From Bigelowiella natans CCMP2755 (taxonomy: Eukaryota; Protista; Cercozoa): 64,000 bases of DNA. The notes below the pieces were generated by a model, which was given only the letters and a program-made list of their open reading frames with translations, had not been told where the DNA came from and made no database searches. The stretch lies in assembly GCA_000320545.1 (NCBI GenBank), contig ADNK01000237.1, positions 8,426 through 72,425 on the forward strand, written 5' to 3'. The position numbers and the translations under genes were made by a program. Shown here in pieces: positions 1 through 11,159 of the stretch (position 1 is its first letter; the number at the start of each line of letters is the position of its first letter).

Positions 1-21
1 ACGAAGTATTGTCACAAGCGA

Positions 22-843
22 CTACACCAAATCCCAAAGAGGGTCATCTTCATCTGGAATTTTGTGCTCATTTTTCCTGTCAGTAGCCGGAACCATTGTG
101 CTATCCCTCGTACAGTTCAACGGTTTCGTGAGCAAAGGATTATGACCCGATGTGAGCCTGTTCTCTACATAGTATCTTCTAGCTTTCATTATGCTTGCTT
201 TCGATGGCACCTTCTTCGCCCCCTTATGCTTCCTTCTTTTCGTGATATGTTCGCGAGGAATCATCGTTATGTAAGCTACCAGTCTTGCCAAAGGTTCACT
301 TTCTCTTCCAGGCAATGCTTTTGATACTCCGGCTGAGTAGTCAATGCCTTGAGCACAATGAATAACACGCGAATCCCACATCAGGAAGTCTCCTGGCTTC
401 AACACAGCCTGTTGAGCCTTGCTTAAATACTTGTCATAGTCATCACTCTTAGTGACTTTAACGTAGTCAACCTGTTATGATTGCCGACTAATTCAACCTG
501 CTATCACTTTTGAATGTAAGTGAATGCATATCTTGTTGCATATTTTTTAATTCGAAATGGCATTTAATGATGGTGAAGTATACTTTTGCACGAGACACAG
601 GTCAGTGTGGTCTTTTCCTTTGTTTCTAGGATAATTTTTGTTACTCACCGTATTTTGCCGAACGGACTTTATTGTTCTCGAACCATCGAAGACCTTCTTA
701 AAGTCTTTGTGAGATCCCTTGACAAGAACCGTACTTCCAGTTGCTGCGGTAGCCTCATAGAAGTTCAAAATGCCTTGATACGTTGTAAGTTCAGGATCGC
801 TATAGTAGCTTTGGTCGATGTGAAACCTTTTGTTACATTACTT

Positions 844-887
<44 letters not shown>

Positions 888-1010
888 ATTTTCTTCAGCT
901 ATTATGAAGTTTTCAATCTTAATGGAATCCATTTGTTTCACTTTTTGTCACGGCGTAAATATCGTAAAATAGTACATTCTACGTTTTTGATACGTGTATG
1001 TATGATGATG

Positions 1011-1047
<37 letters not shown>

Positions 1048-2000
1048 CATTTCAGAGTAATTTAAAATTTTAGAAATATACATCGCTCAGAAAAATGGTC
1101 AGGGAGAATTACCATCCGCGTTTCGTAAGCCACGATTTACTTCCGCCTGGAAACCCTTCGGAAAGCATTTGAGTATAATATAGAGCATATTCATCATTTA
1201 TTATACATTTTTTGATTGATTAATTATCGTCCTCTTACATGGATTTCGATAGGCTCCCCAGCCATCAAAAGAAGTAATGAGCTCATTGGAACCCCACACA
1301 CTTTCAAATGCCCTTCGCACGCCAGATATCAACCGACAGTACCACATGAACTTGCTCTGCCCCACCCCAAATTTGGAGCAAACTCCATTTTTTGGGAAAC
1401 TAGAATATGTCGGAAGTGGATTAGTGTGTAATTATAAAAACATCAATACCCCTCGGTAATTATTGAGCTTTGTGTGTACTTAGAACATATCGTTAAAAGA
1501 GAGAAATTACACCAGATTTGGTTCCAATTTCCGTCTCCGAAGCTCTGTGGATCATCTTTACAGATTTTTCCAGGCGAATTTTTAACCCAATCCCAAAAGA
1601 GAGCCTCAGCTTCCTTCAACTCTCCAGACTGTCATGCAAAGTTAGATATCCTAGGGTGAGATGTAAAAACTTCCATTTTTGTGCGTTTGAAGATGACGGA
1701 TATTACCGAAGCCGTGCCCTCAAAAATTACAGCCCCGTACTTCTCCAATGCTGCCAGTGCTTTCTCCGAGAGCTTCTCTTCGTTGATTGATACCCTAGAG
1801 ATCTCTCCTGCTGGAGATCGAGGCAAGGGGCCTGGTCGTTGCTCGCCTAAAAATGAGCTCTCTAATCAGTCTTGCTGTATTCGTCTGCATTCATGAAACG
1901 TGCATTATTTTTCCATAGAGTGTTCAAGCTCCAAGTACGTGATGGCGCATGCATGGCATCTATGTTTATGCGCAAGCTCATTCTCACCCCCGGCCATCAT
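22..2000 (-). CDS. Phytanoyl-CoA dioxygenase (PhyH)-like 2-oxoglutarate/Fe(II) dioxygenase, multi-exon
   Basis: Spliced minus-strand exons give MMAGGEQRPGPLPRSP..., GVGQSKFMWYCR...VWGSNELITSFDG, FHIDQ (HxD)...YQGILNFYEATAATGSTVLVKGSHK and LKPGDFLMWDSRVIHC...RLVAYITMIPR, typical of eukaryotic PhyH-like proteins. First exon inferred at 2000-1988 with a GT donor. Confidence 0.85.
846..884. repeat. (TA)n microsatellite (intronic)
   Basis: Pure TA run seen directly. Confidence 0.95.
1013..1045. repeat. (GT)n microsatellite (intronic)
   Basis: Pure GT run seen directly. Confidence 0.95.
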
Positions 2001-2551
2001 AGCCTGAAACTTTCGGATTATGTGGGAGCTGGTCAAAAGTATTCTCGAGTATTCCAATGGTGTTCCTGGAAATTTCTAGTTAGAACTCTCTGAAAAAAAA
2101 CGGCAGGTCGCTGTGAGCATGTCCATGGATGTTGCAGGATCAAAATTTAGAAAAATTACCTGAATCTTGGTTTCTGATTGAAAACAATGAAAAATCGCGC
2201 TTTTTATGCATGCGACATGCATATTATTGCAGTAACACTAGAAGGATACCGGTATGTGGAAGATTTTTGGCGGGAAGGTCTTTGGGGCACAGAAGGTAGA
2301 TTGACCATGTCGCAGGGAAGGAACATCAAGTGTTTTCCTACCTACTCACATGAGACAACTCAAAATGGAGAACGGGGAAGACATTCCTGGCACTCCCTGT
2401 AAGTAATCCCCCCCCTCCTTGTAATTATGTGAGTCTATAAATGTATTAATTACCAACAACATAACAATAGAAACCCTTACAATTTGGTGGAAATCTAACA
2501 CGTGTATTGTACACAGCAGAGGCAAGGACGCCGACACGAAGAAGTAGACAC

Positions 2552-2949
2552 ATGAAGGAGGTATACCTTTTCAATTAAGAAAGCGAGTTTTGAAATAAAA
2601 ACGTAACATTGGGATATGTCAGGGTGTTCTTAAAGAAGATGGAGAGATTCATGAAGTCCTATCAACGCAATCTTCTGATAAAGGGGATGTTAAGGAGGAC
2701 AACCAAGAGCTCGCTCATTTAAATAAGGTGGAAACAATGGTATTAAAAGTTAACGAAAATCTTGTGAAAATGACCTCGAAGCTGGGAGATATGGAAAGGT
2801 ATTACTTAATTTATAGCACAGCAAATGCTTAGCTGAAAGCTTGTTTATTTAGAGTCATGTCAAACACGGAGATTGTAGTAGATAAATGGCTCGGGATGTG
2901 GCAAACAACACGAAGCAAGGAGAACATCAACCACCCGAACATTCGCTAG
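2552..2949 (+). CDS. DUO1: Small coiled-coil protein, probable DASH/Dam1 complex subunit Duo1-like (93 aa, 3 exons; not in ORF track)
   Basis: Exons 2552-2560, 2623-2798 and 2853-2949 joined by GT-AG introns give an open 93-aa frame containing ELAHLNKVETMVLKVNENLVKMTSKLGDMERVMSNTEIVVDKWLGMWQT. This matches my recollection of the Duo1 core pattern (EL..L.KI...I..V...L.K....M.......N...LLD.W). Family call by eye. Confidence 0.6.
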
Positions 2950-3479
2950 ACTACCAGCAAGAACATTTTGTGCACAGGTGGTGTGGTTTATGTGCACAGA
3001 ACCTTAAAGTAGTTTGCGCAAACTTTAGGCACAGTGTGGATTGTGAAGCGTATACGTTGTGTTTGTTGTGTTCGCTGAAAGCTCATTTTGATTTTTTCAC
3101 ACACTGAACACAATCATTTCGCATCGGCTACCCAGAACCTTCACGCTATGTTGTCCAACCATTGCATGTGCAACGTACAACACGCACAAATTGTGCAGCA
3201 GAAAAGCAGATTCCTTGTGTCCATCACCGCTACTAGGCTAGCTTGGAGCGCACACGGCGATCGATGGATATGCAACATGCACGATGGGAGCAGTCACCGT
3301 TCGCTGTATCACACATGATGCCATGATGTGGCCACTTGCATTGTGTAGACACAGCACACAGTAACAGCATGTGCAATGTGTGTGTAGTATTACATGTCAG
3401 TTGTTTGCTAGCGCTAGCTAGCTTGACATCATCAACACATCTAATCTAGACATGTGAAATGACAACGTGGTTGACAAGT

Positions 3480-4900
3480 GTTGTCATCGGACAACAACGC
3501 ATGATTGACCTGCGCGCTCAGTGCGGACAGCTAGACGTGCAGGCCTAGAGGCTGGCAGGCTAGCAGAGTCACTCTAGCACTACCGCTTCGACGGCTGTGA
3601 GTTGCACAAAACGAAGTGAGCCCCGCTAGCCCGATCGTGAGCGGGTGGAGTGGCATGGGAGTGCATGACGCAGGGCGTCGGCGACCGCGAAATTGCAATT
3701 CACAGCAATTCGCTTCTGCCTGTTGTTGCATGCCTCACGCACGTCTGCTGCGCTCGATCACACTTCAACTGAGCACTGAGCACACACGCTGGCTAGCTGG
3801 TCTGATGTGTGCAGATTGGTCAACTTGAGAAGTTGCGTCATTGTGACACAAATGGATGCATGAATCATCTGACAGCGTGCAGATTGGTCAAGTTGAGAAG
3901 TGCACAATCTCGCAATCAGGAACACGAGTGTGCGCACGCATGCGCATGCCAACAATTGAGCGGCGACGAGGCACTCCGATGCTCAGACACATCGCCCGAA
4001 CAAGTTTGCGCTTCAGTGCCACCCCCGCTCAGAAGCACGCAGCCTGCCTTGACCACGAAGTCAAAGACGATGGCCCAGCTGCGGCCGTTTTGCACGCGAA
4101 TGACGGTCTCAACAACGACGTGCTGCACGCATCACTGCACCGTGCCTGTGGCCGCGCAGAGCCGCCAAAAACTTTTGCAATGAACACTCGCGTGCCAATG
4201 ATGTCTCCCACCGAAAGTGGCAGTGGTGGTGCAACACCGCGCAGCGCGACAAAGTGCGTGCGATGTGAGCCGCGCCTTGTTGTAGCCTTTGTTCCACACC
4301 CTCGTCCGCGCACCTTGCACTTCTGGACAACAAGACTTGCCAGCTTGTTCGCATGCAAGTCCAGACACCACGCACACGTATACACGCACAGCTTGGCAGG
4401 TGACGTGCCGCCTACTTGCAAACTGCGCCACGCATGCGCATGGACACGGTCGGCGGTCTGGGTGTGCAAGTGATGCGTGTGCCAGTGGCAATGAACAATG
4501 ATGAACAATGAACAATGATGATGAACTGCAATGAACAATGATGATGAACCACGTTTCCAAAGTGTCACAAGACATTTGCAGTGTGCGAAACGCAGTGCCT
4601 CGAACTGACTTCAGTGAGGACTGCAACTAGTGAACTAGCAGGTTTTTCAAATTGGAATGATCTGGCTGTGTGCCATTGTGAGACAATGTGTGACTAGCAG
4701 CAACGTGGCGATGGCGCAAGGCATCCACTCTGAGTAGGAACTTCCCAAACGCAATGTCTACACGACGATCCATGTTCAGATCATCCGAAGGAGCACCCAG
4801 TGAAACTTTGGTTTTGATGGAGCCAGGAGCATCAAAGAATGAAGAACAGGCAGGAGAAGCTGGGCCCAGAGCTGCTCTCATGCTCCAAAATGTTGCAAGA
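3480..4900 (-). pseudogene. Degenerate, hypermutated coding-like or mobile-element relic
   Basis: Long Cys/His-rich, Tyr-poor overlapping frames broken by TGA stops, internal direct repeats and extreme TpA depletion. No recognisable intact product. Strand is tentative. Confidence 0.4.
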
Positions 4901-4912
4901 CATTTGCAGTGT
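4556..4912. repeat. 29-bp direct repeats (4556-4584 and 4884-4912) flanking a ~300-bp insert
   Basis: tccaaagtgtcacaagacatttgcagtgt vs tccaaaatgttgcaagacatttgcagtgt; the last 17 bp are identical. Confidence 0.85.
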
Positions 4913-5914
4913 CAAGTCGAATCCAAAGTGAAAAAAAAAATCTCAACGAAAAAAATGCCGGAAAAGTCATGAAAACGATCAATTAGGCGAGTTTGGTGGG
5001 AAAATGCATGCGACTTGCGTGCACAGGAAAGAATTTTTTCAAAAATTTTGCGACCGAGAACCGTGTTTTGGATGGATCGGATTTCCTGATTTCCGGGATT
5101 TCACCTAACACAACTCACACAACTTCTCTCGTGCTCGTGGCGACGAGACAATTTAGAAACCGCATGGGGTACACCTTTCACATAGGGGGGGGATTTTCAG
5201 CAAGACACAACTTTCCAAGAATCATCTACGAAAAGTCGCAAATTCTGACACATTTTCGAATTATTAAAGGAAAATTTGAGAAAATCACCTTAGTTCTTTA
5301 AATGTGATTTACCTGAAATGTGTGACCGATCTGATACTTTTCGCGCCAACCGGACTTTCTGCCATCGGGGATACAATCTTAAATCCCGGCATTCTGTTGG
5401 TTCTAAGGACTTTTCTCCAAACGTCAGCCAGTGGGAGGAGAACATGTGGCTGACATTCTTCCTCGTTGACTGAAACCTCCACAAGTTCACTAGCCCAAGA
5501 GACGTTGACTGAGTTTCCTCCCCCCCCCCTTTTGTCCCTGCATCTTTGTACAGGTTGCATACGAATAATTTACTTTAATATCTTCATAGTGAATGTCTTT
5601 CTGCTAAATTTTAATGCTAATATTTTGGTGGCAAAATAATATGACGGCGGTTTCGGAAGTTTGGACAATTCTCACTCTTATCAATATCCTCTTTGGATGA
5701 AATTGGAATAGATAAATATTTGAATAACTTTTCCAGGCGAATAGGATGCATGGGCAAATCAAGATTCCGGTTCCACCTCGAAAAGTGGTGCCTTCCCGTC
5801 GAACAGGAACTTCGCAAAGGTGTTCTAAAGTAGAAATTTTTGTCCTTGTACATTCGATGATCAAACTGAATTCACACGGAAAATCTAAATATTTAACATG
5901 GACTCTATTGTAGG

Positions 5915-6859
5915 ATGCGAGATATGATTTTTGCTGGGATGGCTCCGAGCATCAGCATACTCCTGACTTCCCCTATTGATGTAGTGAAGGCTCGAATGCA
6001 GGTACATGGAGAGGGAATTAAGGTTAGCTTTCAACGAACAGCCTTCGGAGAACTTCGTGAGCTTTTCCAAAAAGAAGGACTTTCTGGGTGTTATAGAGGC
6101 CTTGGAATATCTATAATGCGAGAGGCATCTTTAAACGTAATGCGCCTCGGCCTATACGATCCCATCATGTCCCTGATGCACACCGGCTACTACGACATGG
6201 CGTCTACAAAGGAAACTGGTTTGCCTCCCTTGTACAAACGGCTGCTATGTGGGAGTATTTGTGGAATTATGGGGTCTGTGGCCTCGAGCCCAATGGAGCT
6301 AATCAAGTGCCGCATGCAGTGTGGCGGGGAAAGCGCTGCCGCGGGTCACAAGTATAAGTATACGAGTGCATATGACGCTTGCACAAAAATAATACGTTCA
6401 GAAGGTGTGAAAGGCCTTTGGAATGGTGCTGAAGTCTTTGTGATGCGCAATGCAATTGGATCTGCGGCGAATCTCAGCACTTTCTCCGCATTTAAGGCAT
6501 ATTTTCTCAATTTTCGTGAAGACTCCGTGCTAGTTGACGTTGCTGCGGGACTGGCATCGGGTTTTGTAACAACCTGTGTAATGTGCCCTCTTGATATGAT
6601 CAAGACACGTCTTCAGAATCAACCAGTAGATGAGCTCACAGGAAAAGGCAGATTGTACCGGCATGGAGGTGATGCAGTAGCGAAGATCGTGAAAAGTGAG
6701 GGAACGTTCGCTTTGTACAAAGGTTTCTCGTCTCTCTTTGTCCGGACTGGCCCTCACTACGTGCTTACGTTCGCAATCTATGGCCTGTTAAAGCGGTGGG
6801 CAAGCAGTAAAGATAACTCTGATGGAGATGTTGGAACTACTGTTAACCATTACTACTAG
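5915..6859 (+). CDS. Mitochondrial carrier (SLC25) protein, OAC1/SLC25A34-35-like
   Basis: Three carrier signatures Px[DE]xx[KR]xR (PIDVVKARMQ, PMELIKCRMQ, PLDMIKTRLQ), plus RLGLYDP and GPHYVLTF motifs resembling oxaloacetate/dicarboxylate carriers. A short upstream exon is possible (acceptor-like tgtag just before the ATG). Confidence 0.92.
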   Translation: MRDMIFAGMAPSISILLTSPIDVVKARMQVHGEGIKVSFQRTAFGELRELFQKEGLSGCYRGLGISIMREASLNVMRLGLYDPIMSLMHTGYYDMASTKETGLPPLYKRLLCGSICGIMGSVASSPMELIKCRMQCGGESAAAGHKYKYTSAYDACTKIIRSEGVKGLWNGAEVFVMRNAIGSAANLSTFSAFKAYFLNFREDSVLVDVAAGLASGFVTTCVMCPLDMIKTRLQNQPVDELTGKGRLYRHGGDAVAKIVKSEGTFALYKGFSSLFVRTGPHYVLTFAIYGLLKRWASSKDNSDGDVGTTVNHYY

Positions 6860-8590
6860 TACGCTGATTCTCCTAAAAAAATCCTAAATAATGAACTGGC
6901 TATGGAAGCCGCCAACCAAATCTCCCTATGCTGGATCGTAAAATGAAAAATATCAAAAATCTATTCTAGTATCTTTGACATGTGTTCTCAAAGCATGCTA
7001 TGCATCGTCTCGGAAAGAAATATGCTATCAGTTCTTCACTCAGAGACATTTCTAATTTTTAATCACGTATCGTTTTCAGCTATTTAAGGAAGTAGTTTTT
7101 TTATTCGATTGGAAATCTATTGCACCTGGACAAATGAAAATTACCTCTTCTCTTGGCACCTTAACAATATAATTACTGGGGAACAGTTAAGGATTACACT
7201 ACATGTACAACTGATATTCATCGTCAGCATCTACAAAGTGATCATGTTTAACTCAACACCGTTATCGTGGCCATTCACCAGCATGCATACTATACAGTAT
7301 ACACATCTAGACTATGACTACTGATATACTTAGTCCGGCGACGTAAATATCTTGTAGCAGCGCGCTATATTGCACTGGCGACAGATTAGACAGCGCTGCA
7401 TATACATTATTAAATGGCCATGCGACATGCAGGGTCCAGCAATAGCGAAGATGCATCTATACGCAGTGGCATCACATTGCTAGATTGCGTATGTGTCGTA
7501 CAAGTGCGCGTGTGTGCAGCGCATGCTTGGTACACATACATTAAACACTAGCACATGCATGGCCGCGGCAACATATGTATATATGGACGCGCACAGTAAA
7601 CATGACAATGCAACGCACGCATTTTCCGTTCTGCTTACGCGCGCCGTTCTGCGCACGATCGACGTGTGCATGATGATCGACTGCCAATGACGCCATGTGG
7701 CTGTGCACGTACAAGCTAGCTTGTTGTCACGTTCTAGCAGAGTTGTGCTGTGGCGCCCGTGTGATCGAGCGGGTGTGCGTGAGAACATGTATGAACCTTA
7801 ATGTGTGAGTACGACGTACTTGCACATCGATGTGTGAAACGCGTACTTCTAGGCTTGCACGTCACACTAGCGCACACTGAGCGCGTCGCTGCCGTCGCTC
7901 TCTTGCTTGTACATCCTACTGCCGCCATGCAGGGACCACACCTAGCACACCCCACATTTCATTTCCCCACATCTAGCACATACTATCGATCGATCGGCAG
8001 TAGCAAAAATTGCGAAAATGAAATATGGGGCATGGTCCATACACACGGCGGCGCTCATATCAGCTCAACAAGGCCATCCATGCAAACTGCGTGCAGCCCA
8101 TGTGCATGCAACTTGAGATGACAAGTACGTCTTCATGATGTGCATCGCATGTGCCATGCATGGCTACATGCATGTCAGCTAGCGTTGCCTATATGCCAGC
8201 ATCGTTGCTACAACTACCAATGCATCGCATGCACATTCAAGGCTAGGTGTGAGCTTTCAGATGTTGTTTACGCTTCCTAGAACCTCTTGCAGAACATCAA
8301 CTAGCGACACATACATACCGTGTGCCACGTGCACGCGTGCACGCGTGTGCGCGTGTCACTTGTTGGATGCATTTGCAAAACGAATGTTCAATGCCTAATC
8401 ACATCACCTGGAATGTCTAGATGTTCACCTCTCATTTCATTTATAATTGGTACAGAAACTTTTATTTTTTCAGCTTCTTGAAATTAACTTCAAATAGTAT
8501 GTACAGAAGACAAACATGGTATCATGCTGTGGTACTACAGTTGACGATGCCTATGTGCCATCTCGCTATACTGCATTTTAACGTTTGCAT

Positions 8591-8901
8591 TCAGCGTGAG
8601 CGCTCTTCGTTATTTGTATGGTTGTTGCTCACCGATAACCCACCATTCACATATCGATGGACACTCGCTGGGATACCAGCGGTCAGGATTGTTTCACGTA
8701 CGTGTGAGTCTGTACTATTATGGCTACGTTCTTTGTGCTTCAGATTCAAACTCTTATTTCCACGGCTGGCTATCAAGCGATTAGAGTTTTCAATTTTGTG
8801 ATCGACCGTTTTTGACGTTGAACTGGAAGAAGATTTGATCTTTGTCTCCCTTTTGAATAAATCAACACGCTCAGAACTATTGAAGCTTTTCAGACTCTTC
8901 G
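8591..8901 (-). pseudogene. Orphan 3'-terminal exon (Ser/Lys/Asn-rich, low complexity) of a gene lacking its 5' part
   Basis: Open frame to a stop at 8591, preceded on the minus strand by a microsatellite-containing intron end (...acacacagagagag...gtacag). No plausible upstream exons or promoter in the 184 bp before the opposite-strand exon. Confidence 0.4.
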
Positions 8902-8906
8902 CTGTA

Positions 8907-8939
<33 letters not shown>

Positions 8940-9029
8940 TGTGTGCGTGTAAGAAAGAGAGAAAGTATGTGTAAATATGTGAGTAGTACAAGAAGGGGTG
9001 ATAAAAAATAATTCATGCCCGGGGAAGAG

Positions 9030-9060
9030 GAACTAACTAAACCCCTGATACCCTAACCCA
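9030..9060. repeat. Short degenerate (CCCTAA)-like telomeric remnant
   Basis: aactaactaaacccctgataccctaaccca; only one perfect CCCTAA unit. Confidence 0.3.
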
Positions 9061-9085
9061 CTTATTCTTCTTTCTCCAATCTCAG

Positions 9086-10312
9086 GGAGTGGAAATAGGC
9101 ACGTGCGTGGACAAGAAGCTAGTGACCGTTTGGCCAACATCGTCATTAGAGCACAGCGACTTCCTATACTTTTCCCGCAACAACACAATCTACAATTCTC
9201 ACGACATCGAGGGATTCCAGCAGTTTTCCTACGACACTGCATGCTCTGCCCGCACTCCCTCATTCTCGGCGCTCACAGTAGATCCCAAGATGCGGCGTCT
9301 CCCTTACGACGCCAGCAGTAGTATCGTCGTCCAATCTGGAGTCGATCCGCGGGCTCTGGTTTGTGGGCCACTGTACCAAGACGTGGACACGCCTCCACCG
9401 ACTAGCAATGGTTGGTTTGCAGCTGTCAACTACAAAGGTGCCTTTGGAAGCAGAAGTTGGCTCGACTTGTGGTCGTTTGTCGCCCAGAATAGTGCCTTGG
9501 AACCTGCGATCCCTTGGGCCTGCAGCACAGCGAACCCAACGGTACTAAGAGGCGAGATCGTGTTTCACCAAGCCCTGATCTGCCCAACAGGAGCAATAGT
9601 CGAAAGCGTAGCTTCCTCAAATCTTTCTTCGACAGCGAGTCCAGCTTTATCAATATCAGGGCAACACTTGTATGCCAAACTCCGCTCAGTGTTAGAGGCA
9701 AAAAACCTTGTTGCGGCAGCAAACATTCGCCTCTCCGTCCAATGCGGGCCGATCACCACGACCGTCGTGTTGGAGATGATATTTAATGGTCCGAGAGAAG
9801 TCGCAACAACTTATGCCGAAAATTTCTCCAACTTCCCGCAGAAGACACTAGGAGAGGAGCTTGTGCTGCTGTATGGTGCCCCTCAAGTATCGATTGCGTT
9901 AGTTGGGGGCCAAAACATACCCGCTCTTCCCACACCGGCGCCGACAAACTACCCTACTCCGTCACCTACGCCGCAACGGGTGAGGGACTCGACCCTTGGG
10001 CAGGTGTACCTAGGGATCACAGTGGCGTTCATGTGCACGATAGCATGCCTCATCATAACGTCCTCCATCATCTGTGTGACAGAGATAAAGAAATCCTCGG
10101 TGAATTTGTATTTAAACATACTCTTCCGAGGTGATTCAAAGCAAATCTCAGTCGAAAGTAGAGAAAGCAAAGAAGAACATACATCAATGGAGAGGTGCGA
10201 TGACAGTTTAATTGGAATGTCCGTATTGAGAAGAAGATGCAGACTCAGTTCTGAGATAGAGCTTCAAGGTATGGCATCGATGAAGTCATCAAATCAACAA
10301 TTTAACATTTAG
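9086..10312 (+). CDS. Large terminal exon of a single-pass membrane protein, apparently 5'-truncated
   Basis: Begins at a polypyrimidine+CAG acceptor (9085). The open frame of ~408 aa has a GWFAAVNYKGAFGSRSWLDLWSF motif, a PTPAPTNYPTPSPTP linker and a TM helix (VYLGITVAFMCTIACLIITSSIICV). Confidence 0.7.
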   Translation, partial: GVEIGTCVDKKLVTVWPTSSLEHSDFLYFSRNNTIYNSHDIEGFQQFSYDTACSARTPSFSALTVDPKMRRLPYDASSSIVVQSGVDPRALVCGPLYQDVDTPPPTSNGWFAAVNYKGAFGSRSWLDLWSFVAQNSALEPAIPWACSTANPTVLRGEIVFHQALICPTGAIVESVASSNLSSTASPALSISGQHLYAKLRSVLEAKNLVAAANIRLSVQCGPITTTVVLEMIFNGPREVATTYAENFSNFPQKTLGEELVLLYGAPQVSIALVGGQNIPALPTPAPTNYPTPSPTPQRVRDSTLGQVYLGITVAFMCTIACLIITSSIICVTEIKKSSVNLYLNILFRGDSKQISVESRESKEEHTSMERCDDSLIGMSVLRRRCRLSSEIELQGMASMKSSNQQFNI

Positions 10313-11159
10313 ATACAGATAGTTGGTCTTTTATTACTTAGTTAATCTAGAATAGTCAATGAGATAGTTTGCTTTCCAAAATTCAAAATGACTATTCTCA
10401 CGTCCGAATCAGCAAAGGTGAAGATTCCACTAAACATTCTGTCAAGCAATTTATTTCATGCGCATGATGAGTCATGCAAAAGCTAGTCGAATCAACGACT
10501 TGGTTTGCAATTTACAATGTATTTGCATGCAGTGCTCCTCAAATCTCCGTTGACTGTGCCGTAATGTGCTGTCTAGATGTGCAGTGTGCATCGCGTATGC
10601 GCATGTTCATGCACAACACTAGCTAGCTAGGATGCCAGTGTAGCCACAGCAGTGTAGTGTATATATTTCCCTAGCGTGACTTGCTTCTGAAAACGTCAAC
10701 CATAGCAAATACAGTGCATGTCACGTTACTTGCATCCGCGTGCATGATGTGCACAAGTGTCTATTACTAGCACGTATTAAGTCCACCAGACACATCTGCT
10801 AGACATCCACATCTAGACATGCATGACATGTATGTGTGCGATGCATGCAAATCTCGATTACATTTTGCTGTCCGCCTGGCTTCTGCCATGTCATGTGATA
10901 CATGATTCTCGCGCATTCCCCCGTTTTGCTGCCCCGAATAGCCATGCAAGGTAGGGCACTGGATCATCTACGTTCTTAATTGAAGACCCATCCGAATTTT
11001 AAAAAATTGTATTGGAAATTTCAAGAAGCAGAAATACAACATAGGTTTCGTAGTTGTTAAAATAATTATACCACACAAACAAAAATGAAATGCGGATCAA
11101 CTACGCTTCTCATAAGTGTTTGCCTTCATCACTCCTTCACACATCGCCTAATCTCCCAG

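Noticed and set aside
3809-3901. 25-bp direct repeat as a leucine-rich-repeat gene (LLNLTNLH / LLKLTNLH on the minus strand)
   Set aside because: The spacing of 68 bp is out of frame and there are only two units. Suggestive but not enough to call the relic's origin.
3481-4560. Classical CpG methylation decay or fungal RIP as the cause of the CA/TG excess
   Set aside because: CpG remains abundant and TpA, the RIP product, is the depleted dinucleotide.
3531-4626. Many overlapping 60-205 aa ORFs as real genes
   Set aside because: Loss of TpA removes TAA/TAG stops on both strands, which inflates ORFs. The products are Cys/His/Ala-rich with no recognisable domain. The same applies to ORFs in the other convergent spacers.
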